Assembly (NCBI GenBank): GCA_021300355.1
Contig: JAJTEF010000001.1
Span: 2,408-66,407 of the forward strand
DNA: 64,000 bases
Direction of reading: 5' to 3'
Origin: Sphingomonadaceae bacterium
GTDB taxonomy: Bacteria > Pseudomonadota > Alphaproteobacteria > Sphingomonadales > Sphingomonadaceae
Shown here piece after piece: positions 57,334-64,000 of this stretch. The stretch's first letter is position 1. Each line of letters opens with the position of its first letter. Under the pieces are notes generated by a model. It made no database searches. It was given only the letters and a program-made list of their open reading frames with translations, and was not told the DNA's origin. The translations under genes were made by a program, and so were the position numbers.

Positions 57334-58071
57334 TTAGCGGTCGAACTGCTCCCCGCATACATCGCGGTTCAGCTCGAGAAATTCTACCGAAGCACCATCA
57401 ACTTCCACAAAGGACACGATGATTCCTGAATCATCGCGGCCAGAATGATAAATAACTTTTTCACCAACAATCGCCTGATCGATATCTTCAACTTCGAACG
57501 CGATGTGGGGAGTAAATTTGATCACATCAGGATTCTTGTTACCTTCGCCAAAGCGCAACCACTCTACCCCATAGGTGTTCAATTTGCCGGGCAGGAAAGC
57601 AAGGTTGAGGTGCGGAACTTTCGTTTCACCTTCCCATTCGTCGCACCCCGGCATCCCGGTGTGATGATAGATGAGTTTCTTGCCGCCCTGCGTCACCGGG
57701 TTTGTCCATTTTTCGTCGGCAACATTATGATCGATCTGCATCAGGCGGACGGGTGCATCAAGCATGTTGACGAAGGCCGAACGCACGCCTGGCTCGATAT
57801 CGACAGGTGGAACGATTACAGTTTCACCATCCAGTGCTTCTTCCAAATTCTCAACCTCGAACGCGGGATGAGCGACAGTCTTGATAAGCTCTGGCACATC
57901 CGCATCTGCATCGTAACGCGCCCACGATATTCCATATGCGTTTGCAGTGCCTAAAACGACATTGGCCTTGAGGTGCGGCGCATAGACTTCATTATCTTTT
58001 GGCTCGGCTGTCGGGATACTTAGGTGATGGAAAGTATATTTTTCCTTATCCTTGAGCATAGTCTTAGTCAT
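57334..58071 (-). CDS. Two-module VOC-fold protein (internal tandem duplication), function unknown
   Basis: The halves align by eye: YTFHHLSIPT...YGISWARY...PELIKTVAHPAFEVENLEEALDGETVIV versus LIYHHTGMPG...YGVEWLRF...PDVIKFTPHIAFEVEDIDQAIVGEKVIY. Confidence 0.65.
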   Translation of the reverse strand: MTKTMLKDKEKYTFHHLSIPTAEPKDNEVYAPHLKANVVLGTANAYGISWARYDADADVPELIKTVAHPAFEVENLEEALDGETVIVPPVDIEPGVRSAFVNMLDAPVRLMQIDHNVADEKWTNPVTQGGKKLIYHHTGMPGCDEWEGETKVPHLNLAFLPGKLNTYGVEWLRFGEGNKNPDVIKFTPHIAFEVEDIDQAIVGEKVIYHSGRDDSGIIVSFVEVDGASVEFLELNRDVCGEQFDR

Positions 58072-58153
58072 TTCAATAACTCCAATTTCTCTAACTTATC
58101 CATGTCTGATCGGTCAATGGTCCTGAACCACATCCACACCACTGGCTGCCATT

Positions 58154-59782
58154 TCAGGAACCGGCTCCGGCCCATTCCGCTGCGCGCAATTCCACACGGC
58201 GAATCTTTCCCGAAACAGTCTTGGGCAATGAGTTCACAAATTCGATTGCCCGAGGATATTTATAGGGAGCGGTCACGGCCTTCACGTGATTTTGCAGCTG
58301 TGCCACCAGCGAATCATCACCATTGCGGCCAGGCGCTAGTATTATAAACGCTTTGACCACCTCCCCCCGGACAGGATCAGGGCTGGACACAACCGCAGCT
58401 TCCGCAACGGCCGGGTGTTCGACCAAGGCGCTTTCCACCTCGAACGGGCCGATCCGATATCCCGCGGAAATGATCACGTCATCAGCCCGCCCAACGAACC
58501 AGTAATAGCCATCCACGTCGCGCGTCGCGCGATCGCCGGTAAGATACCAGTCACCCACAAAGCTCGCAGCGTTGGCATTGTCGTCACCACGATAGCGATC
58601 GAACAACCCGAGCGGACGGCTGGGATTGATACGAACAGCCAGATTGCCTTCGGTATTGTCGCCTAACATGTTGCCGTCATAATCTACGATGCCAAGGGTT
58701 ACTCCGGGTGAAGGCAGTCCCATCGACCCTGCCTTAGCGGGAATGAATGGAAAGCTGCCGCACAGGATCACAGATTCGGTCTGGCCATAACCATCCCGGA
58801 TCGTCACACCGGTGGCCCGTCGCCAGATTTCAATAACCTCTGGATTTAAAGGCTCGCCAGCACCCACACAATGGCGCAAGCCACCAAAATCATACCGCCC
58901 AAGATCCTGTTGCACCAACATGCGATAAACAGTCGGCGCAGCGCACATGGTGTCAATCGCATGCTGTTCCAGCAACTTCAGCGTGCTGACCGGGTCGAAA
59001 GCGCTCGTATGGTGAATGAATAAGCATGCACCCTGATTGAACGGACCGAAATAGCTGGACCAAGCTGCCTTAGCCCAACCGGTGTCGGAAATATTCCAGT
59101 GCACGTCCCCTTTTGACAGATTGAGCCAATACTGCCCTGTCACTTTGTGGCCCAAGCCATAACCTTGGCTATGCACCACCATTTTGGGATAGCCCGTAGT
59201 CCCTGAGGTAAAATAGCAAAGAGCATCCTCTGAGATCGACGTATCCGCTGTGTCGAAACCATCATCCGCGGCATTGCGTGCCGCGTCATACGAAAGCCAG
59301 CCATTGCGATCGCAATCCACCAAGGCTTTGAGCTTGAGCGACGTCACCGAATCACCAGCCGCATCGACTCGGTCGGCGCAGGACTGATCGGTGATGATCG
59401 CCACAGCCGACGCAGCCCTTACCCGATAGGCAATATCCTTGGCCGAGAGCTGAGTGGTGGCTGGCGCAACGATAATGCCTGTACGCAAGCAGGCAGTGAC
59501 AACTTCCCACCAAGCAAGTTGCCGCCCCAGCATCAACAAAACAACATCCCCGCGCGACACGCCGTGTTGCGTCAAAAGATTTGCCACCTGGCGCGAACGG
59601 CGCGCCAGCTCGGCATAAGTCACGATCTGCTCGCGTCCGTCATCGTCGATCCAATACAACGCCTTGAGATCAGGATCGCTTTCCGCCCATTGGTCAATAA
59701 CATCGCGAGCGAAGTTATATTGCGCTGGCAGATCGACTTGAAAATTGTCTTGGATCCGCTGATATTCTTCGAGCATATTCAC
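58154..59782 (-). CDS. AMP-forming acyl-CoA synthetase (medium-chain/ACSM-like)
   Basis: AMP-binding motif YFTSGTTGYPK, then YGQTE, GDWYLTGD and the terminal LPKTVSGKIRR. Confidence 0.9.
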   Translation of the reverse strand: MNMLEEYQRIQDNFQVDLPAQYNFARDVIDQWAESDPDLKALYWIDDDGREQIVTYAELARRSRQVANLLTQHGVSRGDVVLLMLGRQLAWWEVVTACLRTGIIVAPATTQLSAKDIAYRVRAASAVAIITDQSCADRVDAAGDSVTSLKLKALVDCDRNGWLSYDAARNAADDGFDTADTSISEDALCYFTSGTTGYPKMVVHSQGYGLGHKVTGQYWLNLSKGDVHWNISDTGWAKAAWSSYFGPFNQGACLFIHHTSAFDPVSTLKLLEQHAIDTMCAAPTVYRMLVQQDLGRYDFGGLRHCVGAGEPLNPEVIEIWRRATGVTIRDGYGQTESVILCGSFPFIPAKAGSMGLPSPGVTLGIVDYDGNMLGDNTEGNLAVRINPSRPLGLFDRYRGDDNANAASFVGDWYLTGDRATRDVDGYYWFVGRADDVIISAGYRIGPFEVESALVEHPAVAEAAVVSSPDPVRGEVVKAFIILAPGRNGDDSLVAQLQNHVKAVTAPYKYPRAIEFVNSLPKTVSGKIRRVELRAAEWAGAGS

Positions 59783-60354
59783 GCTTGCGTCTCGCTCCAG
59801 AATAATGATGTGCTGCTCTTGCTTTGCTCCTTGCCCGCATCGATCACGCGCTGGTAAGATTGCAGTAAATGCGAAGGCGACGCCTCCATAATCTCGTAAA
59901 ATGGGCTATTCAGCCCAGGAGGCTGAAAATAGGAAAGCCGCGCATTGCCCTGACCGGCTTCACCCGCAATCTCCGCGCTGAAAACTTCAACAAAGCCGGA
60001 AGCGATCAGCTTGTCCGCCTCCATCGTAAAATCGGAAACAAAAATGCTCCAATGGTTGAACACCATTTTGCTTGTAGCGATGTCGGGCACCTGGAATGGC
60101 GAAGGCGATCCGTCACGCACACGGACCAATTCGATCACCATGTCTCCTGACGCGCCCATCGCGATGTCAATGGGAATCGACGCATTCCGGCCTTGATAGC
60201 AGACATAGTGCATCTGGATATCCTCGTAGACGAAAAATGGGCCCGCACCGATAGTTTCATTCAGCTTGCGCGCCGTTGCCTCAATATCATGCACCACATA
60301 GCCCATCTCCACGATGGCTCCCACAGCAATGCTCCGGCCTGCCTTATTCATCAC
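59779..60354 (-). CDS. VOC family protein
   Basis: MGYVVHDIEATARKL and NHWSIFVSD motifs fit the VOC fold. The stop overlaps the start of the downstream acyl-CoA synthetase by 4 nt. Confidence 0.7.
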   Translation of the reverse strand: MMNKAGRSIAVGAIVEMGYVVHDIEATARKLNETIGAGPFFVYEDIQMHYVCYQGRNASIPIDIAMGASGDMVIELVRVRDGSPSPFQVPDIATSKMVFNHWSIFVSDFTMEADKLIASGFVEVFSAEIAGEAGQGNARLSYFQPPGLNSPFYEIMEASPSHLLQSYQRVIDAGKEQSKSSTSLFWSETQA

Positions 60355-60787
60355 AACCGCCCAGCGCAGCCATCTTGCATGCCGAATCCTAGGTTAAACT
60401 GTATAAGACCAGCTATAATCACCATCTCACAAAACATATCCTCAACTATATCACGCTTACGCCGATTCGACATTAGCACGACGCCGATACAAAAAACTGC
60501 GCAAGCTATCTGGCACTACATACAGGTTACAGCCATATCGAAAACGACGGCAAACTTATCATTTTAGCTCGTTCAATCGGGAATCTAATTCCCAAAAATC
60601 GGACACGCAAATCACATGGTCAGAAATGATATTCATTGAGACGCAGAGGCCATAGGCCAAGACCAGTTTTTCACAAAAATGATCGGCATTCTGGTGATCG
60701 TATGTCCGCAGGACGAGAACGCCTTCGTCGGCAGGCGAATAGGCCATGCTGGGTAACAAACATTAAGGCATAGAGGGTTTTTAGCTG

Positions 60788-61570
60788 ATGACGCATTCGA
60801 TGTTCAACCTCAGTGGCCGAGTGGCAATCGTGACTGGGGCCAGTTCCGGCATCGGAGCTCAGATTGCAGAGGATTTGGCGAGCGCTGGGGCAAGCGTTGC
60901 TATGGTTGGCCGAAATCAAGATCGGCTGCAGGCAGTTGCAGAGAAGATCGCACGGTCTGGCGGGAGCGTCCACGCCATCGCTGCTGAGCTGACCGATTCA
61001 AAAGGGCAGCAAAAGATTATCGATGAAACTCTATCAGCGTTTCAAAGGATAGACGTTCTCGCACTGTCGGCAGGCATTTTCCTCCCGGCTTCGTTTGAGG
61101 AGATGTCTGCGGATAATATTCAGTCGCAGATGGAGGTAAACTATTCCGCGCCTGTAACCCTCGTGCAACGGGCGTTACCGCATCTAGAACGCGGCTCCTC
61201 GATCATCTTTGTCACATCGACCTGCGCGCGCATTGGATTCTCTTTCACTGGAGCCTATGCTGCATCGAAGGGTGCGTTGGACGCAATGATGCGGGTGATG
61301 GCCGTTGAGCTGGCGCCTCGCGGCATTGCCGTAAACGGGGTTTCCCCAGGGTGGACCGAAACCCCCATGAACGAGAGCATCCGGGAGGATAGCTCCGTAG
61401 TCGAAGCGGCGATCGCGGCCACCCCAGCCGGTCGCCTGGCGACCCCATCAGATATTTCCCCAAGCGTGGTTTTCCTTGCCTCAAAAGCGGCCGGTTTTGT
61501 TCAGGGGCAAGTGATCGCTGCGGAAGGTGGCTACCCCAGCCTGCCTGACGTCATTCGTGGCGCAGAATAA
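60788..61570 (+). CDS. SDR family oxidoreductase
   Basis: VTGASSGIG, a SAG-type variant of NNAG, and YAASKGAL catalytic motifs. 260 aa. Confidence 0.85.
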   Translation: MTHSMFNLSGRVAIVTGASSGIGAQIAEDLASAGASVAMVGRNQDRLQAVAEKIARSGGSVHAIAAELTDSKGQQKIIDETLSAFQRIDVLALSAGIFLPASFEEMSADNIQSQMEVNYSAPVTLVQRALPHLERGSSIIFVTSTCARIGFSFTGAYAASKGALDAMMRVMAVELAPRGIAVNGVSPGWTETPMNESIREDSSVVEAAIAATPAGRLATPSDISPSVVFLASKAAGFVQGQVIAAEGGYPSLPDVIRGAE

Positions 61571-61591
61571 CAGCTAATTGGAGATAATGAA

Positions 61592-63694
61592 GTGAGCGGT
61601 ATGCGTTATGCCATTGATACGGGTGGCACTTTTACGGATCTGATCGTCGATGATGGCGAGGGTCGATTGAGCTTTTTCAAAAGCCCCACCACTCCACAGG
61701 ATCCGGTTGTCGGTGTGCTTGCTGTGCTGCAGGTCGCGGCAGAAGCGAACGGACGCAGTTTGCCCGATTTCCTCGGCGATGGCGCTTCATTGTTGCACGG
61801 CACGACCCGGGCGCTCAACGCAGTGCTCAGCCACAAGACGGCCAAGACTGCGTTCATTACGACAATGGGGCATCCTGACGTCCTGCTGTTCCGCGAAGGG
61901 GGGCGCACCGATCCATTCAACTTTACCCGCGATTTTCCTCAGCCATATGTTCCGCGCGCGCTTACTTGGGAAGCGCCCGAGCGCATCGGGGCGGACGGTT
62001 CCGTGGTCAAGGAATTGGACGAGCGTAGGATCGTTGAAATCGCGCTGGAGATCCGCGCGAAGAATGTAGAGGCTGTTTCGGTCTGTCTTCTGTGGTCCCC
62101 GATCAACCCGCAGCATGAGCTGCGCATCGGTGAAATCCTGGCTGACCATCTGCCCGGCATTCCCATCACATTGTCGCATCAACTGGCACCGATGCTGCGC
62201 GAATACCGCCGCGCCTCGGCCGCGAGCATTGACGCGTCGCTCAAGCCCTTGATGACCGACTATCTGTCGCGATTGGAAGGCGAGCTCAAAGCCGCTGGCT
62301 TTGGCGGACGCCTGCTGATCGTGACCTCCAATGGCGGGGTGCTTGATGCAACCGACGTCGCCGACGCACCCATTCTGGCCATCAATTCTGGCCCGTCTAT
62401 GGCGCCAGTCGCGGGCCTGTATTTTGCGCAGCAGCACACTGGTTCCACCACGGCGGTTGTCGCCGATACCGGCGGCACCAGCTACGACGTTTCGCTGGTG
62501 CGAGATGGCCACATCCCTCGGACCCGGGAAAGCTGGCTCGGTGACCGCTTCTATGGTCACATGACCGGCTTCCCTTCGGTCGATATCACCAGCATTGGCG
62601 CAGGCGGCGGCTCGATCGCATGGGTCGATGACGGCGGATTGCTTCGTATCGGACCTGAAAGCGCAGGTGCCGATCCGGGACCCGCTTGCTATAATCGCGG
62701 CGGCAACAGGCCAACTGTAACCGACGCTTGTGTCGTACTAGGCTATATCGACCCAGACAATTTCCTGGGCGGTAAGATGAAGCTGGATCGTGAACTGTCG
62801 CGGGCAGCCATCGAACGCGGCGTGGCCAGAAAGCTTGGCATGTCAGTCGCAGAAACGGCCTGCGCCATCATCGAACTGGCAACGCAGGAAATGGTCCACG
62901 CCATCGAGGATGTGACCGTCAATCATGGCGTTGACCCCACCTCTGCCGTGCTCATCGCCGGGGGCGGTGCGGCCGGGCTGAACAGCGTAAAGATCGCAGA
63001 CCGCTTGGGTGCAGCGCAAGTGCTGTTCCCTCATACCGGCGCCGTGCTCAGCGCGTCGGGCGCTTTGCTGGCTGATCTTTCGGCAAACTATTCCGAACCA
63101 GCGGTCACTGCGACAAATCATTTCGATTTTAGCAATGTGAACGCCTGTCTTGATCGGCTAAAGAGCCGCTGCGCTGCGTTTGCTGTAGATGCCGGTGAAG
63201 GCGCGCTTGAGACTAAAATCCAATTGAGTGTTGACTCGCGCTATGTCGGCCAGGTCTGGGAAATCGAGCTGGAACTCCCGTGCGACAGCTTCGACGACGC
63301 TAGCGATGTCGTGAAGCTCGTCCGGGCATTCCACAAGCAGCATGAGAAACTTTTCGCGGTCATTGACGCCGATGCAGATGTCGAACTGTTGAACTGGCAC
63401 GCACGGGTCAGTTGCCGTCTACACACCATACAACCGCATCAGGCGGAAGAGCGCACCGATAGCGCTTCGGCGCAACGCACCCGCAAGGTGCAATTCTCAA
63501 CAGAAGGGGAAGTGGATGCCGCCATTATTCCCGTGGAAGCGCTGAAGATCGGCGGCAAAGTTGCCGGCCCGGCCATCATCGAATCCAACTTCACCTCGGT
63601 CGTGATTGATCCGGGTGCCATCGCTGAACGCCTTAGCGATGGCGGGCTTCTGGTCACAATCGAACGTCACCTCGCTACTGGAGGAAAAGCCTGA
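61592..63694 (+). CDS. hyuA: Hydantoinase/oxoprolinase family A subunit (HyuA-like, ATP-dependent)
   Basis: YAIDTGGTFTDL N-terminus and a second ASKHA motif (VADTGGTSYDVS). 700 aa. The start may be ATG 61601 rather than GTG 61592. Confidence 0.9.
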   Translation: MSGMRYAIDTGGTFTDLIVDDGEGRLSFFKSPTTPQDPVVGVLAVLQVAAEANGRSLPDFLGDGASLLHGTTRALNAVLSHKTAKTAFITTMGHPDVLLFREGGRTDPFNFTRDFPQPYVPRALTWEAPERIGADGSVVKELDERRIVEIALEIRAKNVEAVSVCLLWSPINPQHELRIGEILADHLPGIPITLSHQLAPMLREYRRASAASIDASLKPLMTDYLSRLEGELKAAGFGGRLLIVTSNGGVLDATDVADAPILAINSGPSMAPVAGLYFAQQHTGSTTAVVADTGGTSYDVSLVRDGHIPRTRESWLGDRFYGHMTGFPSVDITSIGAGGGSIAWVDDGGLLRIGPESAGADPGPACYNRGGNRPTVTDACVVLGYIDPDNFLGGKMKLDRELSRAAIERGVARKLGMSVAETACAIIELATQEMVHAIEDVTVNHGVDPTSAVLIAGGGAAGLNSVKIADRLGAAQVLFPHTGAVLSASGALLADLSANYSEPAVTATNHFDFSNVNACLDRLKSRCAAFAVDAGEGALETKIQLSVDSRYVGQVWEIELELPCDSFDDASDVVKLVRAFHKQHEKLFAVIDADADVELLNWHARVSCRLHTIQPHQAEERTDSASAQRTRKVQFSTEGEVDAAIIPVEALKIGGKVAGPAIIESNFTSVVIDPGAIAERLSDGGLLVTIERHLATGGKA

Positions 63695-64000
63695 TGGGAC
63701 AGACTAAACATTCTGGCGCACGCCTTGCCGTGATCCACGCGCGGTTCGAGGCGATTGTTCGCAAAATGACGAACACGCTATTTCGCACAGCCCGGTCGGG
63801 CGTCATCAACACCGGTAGAGATTTCTCGTGCTGTATCGTCACCGCGCACAACGATCTGCTGGTGACAGCCGAAAGTCTGCCGATCCACGTGATGAGCGGC
63901 CCGGACCTGATGGCCAAAATAATGCGCGAACTGAGCCCTGACCTGAAGGCAGGCGACGCGTTTCTCAACAATTCGCCCTATCATGGCAATTCACACGCGG
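63694..64000 (+). CDS. hyuB: Hydantoinase B/oxoprolinase family subunit (HyuB-like), partial at right edge
   Basis: Not in the ORF track because there is no stop in the window. My translation gives MGQTKHSGARLAVIHARFEAIVRKMTNTLFRTARSGVINTGRDFSCCIV...LKAGDAFLNNSPYHGNSHA, a typical HyuB N-terminus. The start overlaps the hyuA stop (TGATG). Confidence 0.8.
   Translation, partial: MGQTKHSGARLAVIHARFEAIVRKMTNTLFRTARSGVINTGRDFSCCIVTAHNDLLVTAESLPIHVMSGPDLMAKIMRELSPDLKAGDAFLNNSPYHGNSHA

Noticed and set aside
1-64000. CRISPR arrays, IS elements or transposases, toxin-antitoxin pairs, restriction-modification or other defence modules, and rRNA genes.
   Set aside because: None was seen on either strand. 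I found no regularly spaced repeats, no transposase- or nuclease-like ORFs and no terminal inverted repeats.

Overview
This is a 64-kb chromosomal window of roughly mid-50s % GC (eyeballed, not computed). The gene content looks alphaproteobacterial and Sphingomonadales-like, which is an inference. Most of it is dense housekeeping DNA. Left to right it holds:
- hflK (partial), then mrp/apbC, an orphan molybdopterin oxidoreductase subunit and hemH, all translationally coupled
- phbB, a LOV-HTH photoreceptor-type regulator and murA
- a frameshifted amidohydrolase, clpS and a phasin
- two acyl-CoA dehydrogenases and phaC
- a DEAD-box helicase, an aminotransferase and apt
- a fragmented secE-nusG-rplKAJL cluster with tRNA-Trp
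- gshA, rsmE, ubiA and an aldo-keto reductase
- ppx-ppk, divergent from a TonB-receptor/phytase operon
- an hppD region, tRNA-Leu(CAG) and, from about 53.5 kb to the right edge, an accessory-looking catabolic cluster: LysR, gabT, gabD, VOC proteins, an acyl-CoA ligase, an SDR and hyuA/hyuB

I saw no CRISPR array, IS element, intact integrase, rRNA or recognisable defence system.

The candidates most worth a second look are:
1. the HyuAB/GabT/GabD/acyl-CoA-ligase cluster, a possible ATP-dependent lactam or omega-amino-acid pathway
2. an alpha/beta-hydrolase domain with an eroded catalytic triad fused to a flavin-reductase domain, upstream of hppD
3. several operator-like DNA motifs read directly from the sequence: repeated TGC-N3-GCA boxes at the phasin and phaC promoters, a perfect 16-bp palindrome at the acyl-CoA dehydrogenase promoter with a degenerate copy upstream of phbB, and three 11-bp-phased Pho-box-like repeats
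4. an amidohydrolase split exactly at an A_AAA_AAG heptamer
5. an aldo-keto reductase with ATG-TAA at codons 1-2

All functional calls rest on by-eye motif and family recognition. No database search was run.
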